A DNA stretch of 64,000 nucleotides from Candidatus Poribacteria bacterium (GTDB taxonomy: Bacteria; Poribacteria; WGA-4E; PCPOR2b), in the NCBI GenBank assembly GCA_965198175.1, contig OZ240245.1, forward strand, positions 1,664,001-1,728,000, read 5' to 3'. The notes under the pieces are model-generated. The model did no database searches. It worked only from the letters and a program-made list of their open reading frames with translations, and was not told the DNA's origin. Both the position numbers and the translations under genes were made by a program. Below are positions 40,501-49,265 of this stretch, piece after piece (the first letter of the stretch is position 1; the number at the start of each line of letters is the position of its first letter).

Positions 40501-43005
40501 TCAAATTTCCACCTCGGCTGTTGCCTCAACCTGGTTCGCGACGGCAGTGTAGAGATCCACTTCGACCTCGGGCGCCCTGATGCTAACAACCAGAGAATAC
40601 CTTGCGGATTGATCGAATCGCTCAAGTTTGGTTCGTGTTTTCCACCATCCAGCCGCGGGATAGACCGCAATAACGCCTTGGCTCGCAAGATCTGCTGCGG
40701 TGCCTCGCCAGATATCGCCGTGAATCGATCCCCTATGACGCCCTTGTACTCCAATTAGCCACGGTGAATCGTAATCAGTCTGACTGCTACCGTTATCCGC
40801 TGCTTCCGCGGCCGCATTAACTCGTCTACGAAGGCTGCTAGTCGTTTCCAGCGGCCGCTTCACATCAAAGCGGAGGCTGTGAGAAGCATATCGGTATTTT
40901 GAGTAAACTCCACGTTGCGATGGATTGGGCTCAATGAAATACGATAGCGTGACACGCATTTCAACCTCTGTATCTCCGAGGCTCTCAAGTACGTCAGACG
41001 GCCAAGGCAAACTGTGGAGGTGCATGTCTCGGGTCACGGGATTTTTACTTCCTTCTCGTTTGAATGGATGTAATGATTCTTGAACAACCATCGTCAACGA
41101 GTCTGCGACGCTCCATAGAGCGAGTTCAAGATTAGGAACACCGAACCCGCACCGCCGCACGAGTTGCAGGTGGTCAGCCTTTGACCATTTGCCGTGAGCT
41201 GGCATGAACGTACCTTTCATGGCATCTGTCCATTCTGCCGAATGTACAATAAGAGCCCGAATTGCCTCCGGCCATAGATCGGGATAAACAGCCATTACTT
41301 GGGCTGCGAGGCGGGCAGCTAGGGCGGTGGCGGCACTGGTAGCGTTAGCTGTTGTGAACAGTCGGTCTGTCGGTTGATGATGGGTTGTCAGCAGGCTGAG
41401 ACTCGACATCGAAACGGCACTTAGTGAATCCTTCGCGGCATTGCCACCTTCTAGCACAATATCGGGTTTCAGTGGCCAGTAAGGCTCCCATATCAGGGAG
41501 GTTGTGCTGAATGGGCTCAGTCCACCTGCCGGAGCGACTGGTGTGTAGCCAATGGCGTCTTTCTCAGTGATTCGCGCGAGGTTCGTAGAAGCCCCAACGG
41601 TGAGCGCATTCCAAGCCTGAGCTGGGTCATGTATTCCATCCGAGTCATTGCTAGCAGGATAGTTAGACCAGGCATTCAAATCCTCTACGTTCCCAGCGGA
41701 TACAATCAACAGGCGCGGATAGGCTCCGTCTCCGTCGACATCTGCCGCCAGCGAGTCAAGCGCTGCCGACCATGCAGACGGCTTCCCCCTGTCGCGATTG
41801 TCACGGGCAGTGATAGTCATGCTGAAAACGCGGCGCCGTAATGGCGCGGTAATCTCGGGTCTCGCTACAGCTTCCTTCGTCAGATATCCGTGGTAACTTG
41901 AATCTTCTTCGTTGGCGCCATCGTGCGGTAGTAGTTTCACCGATTCGAGACGATGATTAAGTTCCACTGAATCGCTGCCCGCTAGGAGTTCTGTCAAATC
42001 GCCCGTAAGCGCAAGTCCTGCCATCTGTGTCCCATGACCGTGGGTGTCATCAACTCCCCACGTGGGGGCGACCGTATGTAAATCGTCAGCAACAAGCGCC
42101 GGAGTGAGTAACGGGTGACCTCTGTTGACACCTGTGTCAAGCAGGCAGATGCAAGGTACGTTTTCTTCCTTGGACGGATACTGGATGCGTGCCAGCAAAT
42201 CATTTAACCATTCGTGCTGCTCATCAATCAATTTGCCCTCAAAAAAATCCGCGGTCTCTTTCGCACGCCGTAATTCGGCAATGTTGTTCAGGATGGCCAA
42301 GGAACCTTGCATTTGCTCAAGCGAGGCTCGCACCAACAGCACAGTACGCTCTGGAAACATAAGGCTGCCTTGTGTCACTTGCATACCAAGGGCTTCAGCG
42401 CGCTCGCGAAAGGCCTCGGCGGTTGCCTCCTGATTCCCACGGATGGGTAGCCACACTTCCCACCACAACGGTCCCTCATCTTCAGTGGGGAATACCTCGG
42501 CGTCGTCAGTCCAGAGCGCCCGATGGCTTGCTGCCTGAATCTGTTGGATAGCATCAATCAATCGTCTGTTGTCACTCGCATGGCCGCGACTATCTTTTTT
42601 CTCCGACAGATAGTCGCGAATTAAGCTTTCAAAGTGGTCAAGCTTACCGTCAGGCACCAACACGGTCGCGTACGTTTTCTTGTCTTCATGACGTACATTC
42701 TGCAGTTCAATCCCCGAACGCTCTCGCGCTAGGCTTTCAAAAGCCAACTCAATATCGGGAAAACTCTCAAACTCCACTTGAATCCCCAAACTCTCTTCCA
42801 TCCCGGCCTCTTGCTGGGCCTGCCGGGCTGACTCAGCGGCCGTGCGCACCTCATTCATCTGGCCTTGTAACTTCCGGGCATGCTGCGCTCGATTCCGCTC
42901 CGGTATCTCTGGACGATCGCCACCTCCCCGAGAACGATATGCCTCTGTCTCCGATGTACCGCTCAAAATAAAGTGTCGATATTTAGTACCGTTTCCGTTT
43001 GCCAT
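40501..43005 (-). CDS. ietS: S8 subtilase, IetS-like
   Basis: Triad LDTG, HGTQMAG, ATSAA; SAGN; KPDIV; no signal peptide; downstream of an AAA ATPase. Confidence 0.8.
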   Translation of the reverse strand: MANGNGTKYRHFILSGTSETEAYRSRGGGDRPEIPERNRAQHARKLQGQMNEVRTAAESARQAQQEAGMEESLGIQVEFESFPDIELAFESLARERSGIELQNVRHEDKKTYATVLVPDGKLDHFESLIRDYLSEKKDSRGHASDNRRLIDAIQQIQAASHRALWTDDAEVFPTEDEGPLWWEVWLPIRGNQEATAEAFRERAEALGMQVTQGSLMFPERTVLLVRASLEQMQGSLAILNNIAELRRAKETADFFEGKLIDEQHEWLNDLLARIQYPSKEENVPCICLLDTGVNRGHPLLTPALVADDLHTVAPTWGVDDTHGHGTQMAGLALTGDLTELLAGSDSVELNHRLESVKLLPHDGANEEDSSYHGYLTKEAVARPEITAPLRRRVFSMTITARDNRDRGKPSAWSAALDSLAADVDGDGAYPRLLIVSAGNVEDLNAWSNYPASNDSDGIHDPAQAWNALTVGASTNLARITEKDAIGYTPVAPAGGLSPFSTTSLIWEPYWPLKPDIVLEGGNAAKDSLSAVSMSSLSLLTTHHQPTDRLFTTANATSAATALAARLAAQVMAVYPDLWPEAIRALIVHSAEWTDAMKGTFMPAHGKWSKADHLQLVRRCGFGVPNLELALWSVADSLTMVVQESLHPFKREGSKNPVTRDMHLHSLPWPSDVLESLGDTEVEMRVTLSYFIEPNPSQRGVYSKYRYASHSLRFDVKRPLETTSSLRRRVNAAAEAADNGSSQTDYDSPWLIGVQGRHRGSIHGDIWRGTAADLASQGVIAVYPAAGWWKTRTKLERFDQSARYSLVVSIRAPEVEVDLYTAVANQVEATAEVEI

Positions 43006-43042
43006 GTCGTCTCTGCTCTTGGGTGCTTCCGTTACTGCGTTC

Positions 43043-44038
43043 CTAACCCCGGTGCTGGTTTGTTCCTAGCTTCTCGGCAATTTTCTTCCTTTCATTAATC
43101 ATCGCCCGAATCTCCGTCTCGCCGATTTGTGAGGTTTGTTGAATCAGTGCCTCTTTCAGCACCTCGTTTGCAGCCCGTGCCACTTCCGCATAGTTGAGTC
43201 CCAGGCCATCGTTACCAAGACTTCGCCAACGGACTCTTTTGGTGGCAGTGCGAGCTAAGCGAATCTTTAGTAGAGTGGTAATCTGCCGTTCGTCCGGAAG
43301 TTCGTAGTGCAAAACATCATCAAAACGACGAAATAGTGCACGGTCAAGAATATCCGCATGGTTTGTTGCTGCGACGATAAGACTATGGGAACAGTTCTGC
43401 TCTATCATTTGCAGGAAGCTGTTCAGCACGCGACGGATTTCACCTACGTCGTTGGCGAGTCCGCGCCGCGAACCGATAGCGTCGAACTCATCAAATAGGT
43501 AAACCCCACGCGTCGGATATGTAAAATCGAAAACTTGACGCAGTTTAGCTGCCGTTTCCCCCATGAATTTGGTAATGAGCCCATCAAGCCGGACCTGCAG
43601 AAGCGGGAGACCTAGTTCTGAAGCAATGACAAACGCGGTTAGTGTTTTGCCAGTGCCGGGCGGACCTACGAACAGCAGTTTGCGTCTTGGTGATAGCCCA
43701 TGCTCCAGAATTATCTCAGCGTGGCGTTGTTCCCGGATAACACGCTGAATCTGATCTCTAAGAGAATTGTCAAGGATCATGTCGCCTAGCCGGGCTTTCG
43801 GGTGTGATACTTCTAGAAGATTTCCTAATTCACCGCGTGCGCGACCAACCGGCAAGGACTTACCTGTGCTAGTTAGACTCTTTGCCGCATCGATTATCGT
43901 GCGCAGATCTTTGGCGAGTATGCCGTGGCCTAACCGAGCTTCGTGGGCGGCAACCTGCATGGCAACCGAGAAGAAACGCTCGTCGTCGCCGTCCAGATGC
44001 GACTGCAGCAACGCTTTGAGTTGTTCGGCGCTAGCCAT
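43043..44038 (-). CDS. ietA: AAA+ ATPase, IetA-like
   Basis: GPPGTGKT, FDEFD, AATN..LD.AL.RRFD. Confidence 0.8.
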   Translation of the reverse strand: MASAEQLKALLQSHLDGDDERFFSVAMQVAAHEARLGHGILAKDLRTIIDAAKSLTSTGKSLPVGRARGELGNLLEVSHPKARLGDMILDNSLRDQIQRVIREQRHAEIILEHGLSPRRKLLFVGPPGTGKTLTAFVIASELGLPLLQVRLDGLITKFMGETAAKLRQVFDFTYPTRGVYLFDEFDAIGSRRGLANDVGEIRRVLNSFLQMIEQNCSHSLIVAATNHADILDRALFRRFDDVLHYELPDERQITTLLKIRLARTATKRVRWRSLGNDGLGLNYAEVARAANEVLKEALIQQTSQIGETEIRAMINERKKIAEKLGTNQHRG

Positions 44039-44067
44039 GGTGAAACTCCTAGTTTGGAATGGGACGA

Positions 44068-44097
44068 ATTATACCTTAATCACCTTTGTTACGTCAA
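44068..44097 (-). promoter_or_regulatory. sigma70-type promoter for the ATPase-subtilase-helicase unit
   Basis: TTGACG-18nt-TATAAT on the minus strand. Confidence 0.55.
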
Positions 44098-44148
44098 TTT
44101 TTAACTGATAGTAAGACTTACGTAGCAACAGGAGGTTGGGATGGGGAG

Positions 44149-44173
44149 GTCGCGATTCGGAGATCGCTCCTAC
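44149..44173 (-). repeat. GTAG-type REP-like palindrome
   Basis: GTAGGAGCGATCTCCGAATCGCGAC: GTAG tetranucleotide plus GCGAT/ATCGC hairpin. Confidence 0.5.
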
Positions 44174-45291
44174 AGTGCAGAGAGGCGGCCGCTTAGCTCA
44201 TTTTTCTCCCAGAGTTGACCGAGGCTATAATCCCCCAGCCAGTTTTTCAGTTTTTCTTCTTCCAGCCTCGTGAACTGCGTCGTACCATCCACACGATCAG
44301 TTACGAGCACGTCTTGGGGCTCGAAATGGTCCAGAAAAAGAGATGACTGTGTCGCAAGGACAATTTGGGTTTCCACAGACGCCTGTTTGATGATGGAGGC
44401 TAGAATCGTGATTGCGGAGGGGTGCAATCCGAGTTCCGGTTCGTCCAATAGAATCACCGAGGGGCGGAGTACCTTTGGTTGCAGCAGCAAAGTCGCCAAA
44501 GCGACGAACCGCAAAGATCCATCGGAAAGTGACGCGGCGTCAAAATAGCTGTCGGATCCACGATGCCGCCATTCGAGGCGAATCGCATCTTCGTTCAGTG
44601 CAAGCGGTTCCAGGATGAAGTCGTCGAAGAATGGCGCGACAAGTTGTACCGTGCGGCGTATCATGCCGTACGAACTATCATGTTTTTCGCGCAGGTAGTA
44701 TAGGAAAGACGCTACGTTTGAGCCATCTGGTCGGAAGTAGTTATTATCGTTAATTTTCATGTTTTTCTTTATCGGCGCTCCTGAGCTAGTATCGTGAAAA
44801 TGGTACAAGCGCCAGTGATCTAGGTGTTTGCGAACGTAAAGAATTGCATCGGATTTCTCCGGCGAATTAAATATCCCTGCCTCGCGATTCCGCCCGAATA
44901 GCGCGTAAAGCGTAGAAGAGGCGTAATCGGGAATCGTCTCTTGTTTTACCGAAGTATAAACGTTTTCGTCTGAAGGAAACATACCATCAGCATCATCCGG
45001 CGCCAGCTCTATATTGTACTTTCTTTTGCCGTTATCGAAGTTGATTTCAATACTTAGATTCCGAGTTGTCTTTGAACCAAAGTGGAGGATTTTGTTAGCA
45101 CCGCCAGTCCGCATCACATAATCCCGTAGACCCCCTAGGCGTATGGCGTTGAGGAATGAGAAGACACCAATGAAGTTCGACTTCCCTGCGCCATTCGGAC
45201 CGATAAGGACGTTAATTGGACGAATCTCCAACCGCTCAATGGAATTGATACTCTTGAAACCATTTACGGTAATCCAGTCAAGTGCAGGCAT
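44170..45291 (-). CDS. ABC-type ATPase (AAA_21/AAA_15 family)
   Basis: GPNGAGKSN, LSDGSLR, LLDEPE.GLHP, ATQS. Confidence 0.85.
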   Translation of the reverse strand: MPALDWITVNGFKSINSIERLEIRPINVLIGPNGAGKSNFIGVFSFLNAIRLGGLRDYVMRTGGANKILHFGSKTTRNLSIEINFDNGKRKYNIELAPDDADGMFPSDENVYTSVKQETIPDYASSTLYALFGRNREAGIFNSPEKSDAILYVRKHLDHWRLYHFHDTSSGAPIKKNMKINDNNYFRPDGSNVASFLYYLREKHDSSYGMIRRTVQLVAPFFDDFILEPLALNEDAIRLEWRHRGSDSYFDAASLSDGSLRFVALATLLLQPKVLRPSVILLDEPELGLHPSAITILASIIKQASVETQIVLATQSSLFLDHFEPQDVLVTDRVDGTTQFTRLEEEKLKNWLGDYSLGQLWEKNELSGRLSAL

Positions 45292-45301
45292 GACAACCTC
45301 T

Positions 45302-45641
45302 CTATACCCGAAACGCTTTCATTACTTCGTCCCCAAGGTGATTGATGATTTTGACGGCAATCCGCCCCGATGCCGGCTTCTCAAACGGCCTCGAGGTGTC
45401 GCTGTGGAGCGTTTCCCAAGCTTCGCGGTTAATCTCGGCTTTCAGCGTTGTCCTGAGGGCTTTATACGGGTCGTTCGCGCCGAGGAAATAGGCGTGGCGG
45501 ACGAAAAAACTCTCCGCGTTATAGTCGGTATCAATGAACCAGCAGGCGATGCCGTCGGTGCTGTCGCTGCGAATCTCGCCCGTGTTGGGATGGAACACAT
45601 CAACACCGTGAACAGTGACCTGTGAATAGTGACGAGTGGTT
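45302..45641 (-). CDS. mod: Type III modification methyltransferase, separated C-terminal segment
   Basis: QVTVHGVDVFHPNTGE..IACWFIDTDYN.ESFFVRHAYF...AVKIINHLGDEVMK, as recalled for Mod C-termini of this family; no convincing start of its own. Confidence 0.75.
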
Positions 45642-46008
45642 AGTGGCGAGTGGAGAGTGATTTGATTAGCGCGTTGAGCATCTTGTTGATCTCGACGCAG
45701 TCGTTCAACAAGCGCTCGGAATCCTCCTGGGTTATCATGTTCAACCTTGTTGATAATGTCAGAAAGGTTTCCAGCTCTGCCAGAGACCCCCGCGCAACGC
45801 CAAGCGACTGAAGAAACTCCCCCGTCGTTCGCCTCGCCTGTCCCTCGGCGATATTTGCCGGAATTGACGCCGCCGCACGCCGCATCTGCGAGGTAATCCC
45901 ATATCTCTCCTCGGCAGGAAACTGCCGCGTAAGTGCGTAAATCTTCACTGTTAAGTCCATTGATTTCTGCCAAACTATCAGTTCCTGATACGAGCTTAAA
46001 GATTTCAT
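45640..46008 (-). CDS. Four-helix-bundle protein (23S rRNA IVP / Avd-like) inserted within mod
   Basis: Y.EL.VWQKS, FP.EE.YG.TSQMRRAA.SIP.NIAEG, ARGSL.ELET; GAGGAG SD. Confidence 0.9.
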   Translation of the reverse strand: MKSLSSYQELIVWQKSMDLTVKIYALTRQFPAEERYGITSQMRRAAASIPANIAEGQARRTTGEFLQSLGVARGSLAELETFLTLSTRLNMITQEDSERLLNDCVEINKMLNALIKSLSTRH

Positions 46009-46031
46009 AAGGGGCAACTCCTCTGTTTAAA

Positions 46032-48443
46032 CTATCCACTCGCCACTGCAACATCCGGTTCTCCGAAAATCACAAACAGATTCCCCTTTCCTGTATTGCT
46101 CAGATCGGCAGCCATGTGGAGATCGGCGTTCATCCTTGCTTTGAGTATCGGGATTTTACCGAGTTTGTGGAGATCAGTGGAGTGCGCTTCGTAGGAGAAT
46201 GAACAAGCTATCAGGAGGTCAAAGTCGGCTTCCGCCGCCTCGCGGGCAGATTCGACAAGGTCGAGACGGGAGACGGTGCCAAATTCGGGACCGATGAAGA
46301 TGCCGGCGCGTTTCTCGTCGCCGGAGTCGGAGTCGCCGTCAACTATCGCCTTCGCTATCCGCTCAGTTGATCCCTCGAAATATCGTCCTTCGGCACAGAC
46401 TAGGTCGCCGGGCCAAGGTTTGATGCTGGAAAAAGAGATGCGGTCCTCCTTATGCGCCTGTTGGACGCCGGAGGTCTTGAGGTGCTCCAGGATTACGGTG
46501 GCGAAATCCTGCACCCCGCCGTAGCCGAGCTTATCTTCAGCGAGGTTATCGATCAGTTCGTCGTCCTCGTCAACCCCGAGCACGCGGTGCGGCGAGAGGC
46601 TTTCAACAGTGAAGGGACCCGCCACGCGAACTTTCTTGTTGTCTTTGTAGGGTTTATCGTAGAGGTATTCATACTCGGCTTTGGCAGCGATGGAGGCGTC
46701 AACCTCGTTCTGGCGGGCGAGACGCAGTTCCCAATATTCGGTGAGCAGCGGCTCGGCGGCGGCGTTCCAATCATCGGGGCGTTCGCGCGGTACCTCCCAC
46801 TCCTGAAGCGTTTTCGGCTGACCGCTAATGTACGACAATTCGGCGCGGAGCGGTGCCAGTTCCTCCTCATACCGCTCCCAGATCACATCAATTTCGGCGT
46901 TGTTGGCGATGGACTTGAGCGTGATGTGCGGCACCCGTTCGTAAACAAACCCATGGCGGATATCGCCGTAAGTTGAGGCCTCCGAGGGAACTTTCCCTTC
47001 AATCTGCGCCGCCTTGAGTTGTCCTTCGCGGCTGTCTGAAAGGAGGTGGTAGTCGTATCGCGCTCCCATAATGCGGGCGCGCGCCAAAGCCAGTGCCACG
47101 CGCGAGGTGTCAATCGTAATCCAGCGCCTGCCCCACTGCTCGGCGACGTAGGCGGTGGTGCCAGAGCCGCACGTTGGGTCGAGGACGAGATCGCCCGGAT
47201 CCGCTGTCATGAGAAGACAACGCTCAATGACTTTTGTGTGCGTTTGTACAACATAGTGCTTGTCACCACCAAATTGCGTATCACCCCATTTGTTATGAAT
47301 CAGAGAAACAGGAAAGTCATCCTCGTAGACCCTTGCCCGTACATAATTGCCCTGAATTTCAATTCTCTCCTTTGGCAGTCGATTTGGATTTGTGCTCCAG
47401 TGCCGCCTAGATGGCGGGGTGAAGACCTTGTCTCTGAAATGAAAAGGTTCTGCGTTTCCCAAGCCTTGAGAAGATAGATCTCTAAGGTAGTAATGCCTAC
47501 CCGCGTCATCGGTTTTATTAAAAGGGCTCTCTTGACTTGACTTTCTGGTATATAGCTGTCGGTACTTCAAGTTGCTCAAATCTTTAGAATACCACACTAG
47601 ATAGTCATAAATTTGATTAAGATATTTTGCCGTCCTAGCTGTTGTTGTATTGAAGGCAATTAAGCTTACAAAATTGTCCTCTCCAAACGCCTCATCCATC
47701 AACCCGCGCACGCGATGCACATTTTCATCCCCAATCTGGACGAAGATTGAGCCACTTTCCGTTAGTAAATCCCGCGCTGCCGTCAACCGGTCGCGCAGAT
47801 AGGTCAGATAGGAGTGAATCCCGTCCCGCCACGTATCCCGGAACGCTTTCACCTGCTCCGGCTCGCGCGTGATATGGCTGATGTCCCCATCCCGCACGTC
47901 GCGGCTGGTGGTTGACCACTGGAAGTTGGAGTTGAACTTGATGCCGTAGGGCGGATCGATGTAGATGCACTGCACCTTGCCGCGCAAGCCTTCGCGCTCC
48001 GCCAGCGACGCCATCACCCGCAAGCTGTCGCCGAGGATCATCCGGTTCGACCAGTTGGCGTCGTGCTGGTAGAACTCCGTCTTGGCTTCCTCGCTCGGCA
48101 GTCCGTTGAAATCCGCAAACAGGTCGAGTTGCTCATTTGGCGTCCCGCCATCGTGCTGCGACTGGCGCATCAGGTCGTCAATCAGCACCTTGGGATGAAC
48201 CTTTTCTTGGATGAACAGCGGCGGCGCCTGCACGACCAGATCCGACCAGTCCTGTTCATCCTTCCCCCGCCACACGAATTGGGGATCGAGGTCGCGGTTG
48301 CGCTCGTAGATGACTTGGACTGGGTCGTCGTCCTCCATCACCGGCTGAAGTTCGGCGGTCGGGATATTGGCACGCACCTCGTCGGTGTGCGTGAGTGTTT
48401 CGACGGTCTTGGTTTTTGTGCTCTTTTTGCGTTTAGTAGACAT
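46032..48443 (-). CDS. mod: Type III modification (m6A, beta-class) methyltransferase, N-terminal 803 aa
   Basis: YIDPPY, DPTCGSGTT; ends GNLFVIFGEPDV then AVASG-stop. Confidence 0.88.
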   Translation of the reverse strand: MSTKRKKSTKTKTVETLTHTDEVRANIPTAELQPVMEDDDPVQVIYERNRDLDPQFVWRGKDEQDWSDLVVQAPPLFIQEKVHPKVLIDDLMRQSQHDGGTPNEQLDLFADFNGLPSEEAKTEFYQHDANWSNRMILGDSLRVMASLAEREGLRGKVQCIYIDPPYGIKFNSNFQWSTTSRDVRDGDISHITREPEQVKAFRDTWRDGIHSYLTYLRDRLTAARDLLTESGSIFVQIGDENVHRVRGLMDEAFGEDNFVSLIAFNTTTARTAKYLNQIYDYLVWYSKDLSNLKYRQLYTRKSSQESPFNKTDDAGRHYYLRDLSSQGLGNAEPFHFRDKVFTPPSRRHWSTNPNRLPKERIEIQGNYVRARVYEDDFPVSLIHNKWGDTQFGGDKHYVVQTHTKVIERCLLMTADPGDLVLDPTCGSGTTAYVAEQWGRRWITIDTSRVALALARARIMGARYDYHLLSDSREGQLKAAQIEGKVPSEASTYGDIRHGFVYERVPHITLKSIANNAEIDVIWERYEEELAPLRAELSYISGQPKTLQEWEVPRERPDDWNAAAEPLLTEYWELRLARQNEVDASIAAKAEYEYLYDKPYKDNKKVRVAGPFTVESLSPHRVLGVDEDDELIDNLAEDKLGYGGVQDFATVILEHLKTSGVQQAHKEDRISFSSIKPWPGDLVCAEGRYFEGSTERIAKAIVDGDSDSGDEKRAGIFIGPEFGTVSRLDLVESAREAAEADFDLLIACSFSYEAHSTDLHKLGKIPILKARMNADLHMAADLSNTGKGNLFVIFGEPDVAVASG

Positions 48444-48495
48444 AGGTCAGTAGTGAAGCAGGTATAAGTGGTTAGTGGCGAGTTAAAAAGCTGGT

Positions 48496-48742
48496 TTTGT
48501 CGCGCATATTTTTCGTTTTGTGTCTGACAAACGAATTTGTTGCTCATCTGTGCACAACAAATAGATTTGTTGCTCATATTTTCGATTTTGTGAGCAACTA
48601 TGAAGATTTGCCGGTCTTATTTCTCGTTTTGTGTCCGGCAAACAGATTTGTTGCTCATCTGTGCACAACAAATCTAATTGTAGGACATATTTTTCGTTTT
48701 GTGTCCGACAAACGAATTTGCTGCTCATACGCGAGCAACTAA
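48496..48742. repeat. Array of seven imperfect palindromes (12-bp arms; 12- or 2-nt loops)
   Basis: Units start at 48496, 48536, 48566, 48607, 48647, 48677 and 48717; consensus TTTGYYGNNCAT...GTGNNCRRCAAA. Confidence 0.85.
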
Positions 48743-48811
48743 AAAAACCGTCCCCGTGAGTTCGATTGTGCCCCGAATAAAGAACGTCCGCCGTGGGTTT
48801 CCTAGGTGTTC

Positions 48812-49107
48812 CTAGATATTGATAACCTCCCGCGCTACGTAAGGGCGTAGTTCCACCCGAAACGCCTTGTCTGTGACCAGGTCGACCGGAAAGCGTACCA
48901 GGTCTTCCAAGAGTAAAACTGCACCCCGAAGTAGGCTTTTGAGGTTGCCGGTCTGTCAAACCGTATCAAGATGTCAATGTCACCATCCTCAGACATCTCG
49001 TTACGCGCGACTGAGCCAAATAGGGCGAGATTTGCCACGCCAAAGCGTCGCGCAAGAATCGCTTTGTGCGCCCGGAGCACCTTCAAGACTTCATCTCGAT
49101 TCATCAA
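48812..49107 (-). pseudogene. Frameshifted minimal nucleotidyltransferase (MNT antitoxin)
   Basis: LFGSVAR...DIDILI; after FGVQFY a frameshift hides LEDLVRFPVDLVTDKAFRVELRPYVAREVINI*. Confidence 0.8.
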
Positions 49108-49265
49108 TCCACCAGCGGTGTAGGTTGGGTTGAGCGATCAACCGAGCGGACAGCGAGGGCGATAGAGATCGATCGGCAATCATCATAGGTTTCAAAATCT
49201 CACGTTATCCTCAGGTGGTCATACCGGTGTGAAACTCTAGCTGTACCCCGATGTTGCGAAGGACA

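Noticed and set aside
40500..40754. 85-aa N-terminal extension of the helicase given by the ORF track
   Set aside because: It overlaps the S8 gene on the same strand; the start at 40499 is more plausible
45640..46008. Diversity-generating retroelement (Avd-like gene plus variable WD40 genes)
   Set aside because: No reverse transcriptase and no TR/VR pair with adenine-specific mismatches seen
45302..46054. 250-aa ORF as an ordinary independent gene
   Set aside because: The first ~140 aa are the alternative frame of the four-helix-bundle gene; only the last ~110 aa are Mod-like. Treated under findings.
48496..48742. CRISPR array
   Set aside because: The intervening segments are themselves related hairpins rather than unique spacers, and there are no cas genes in the window
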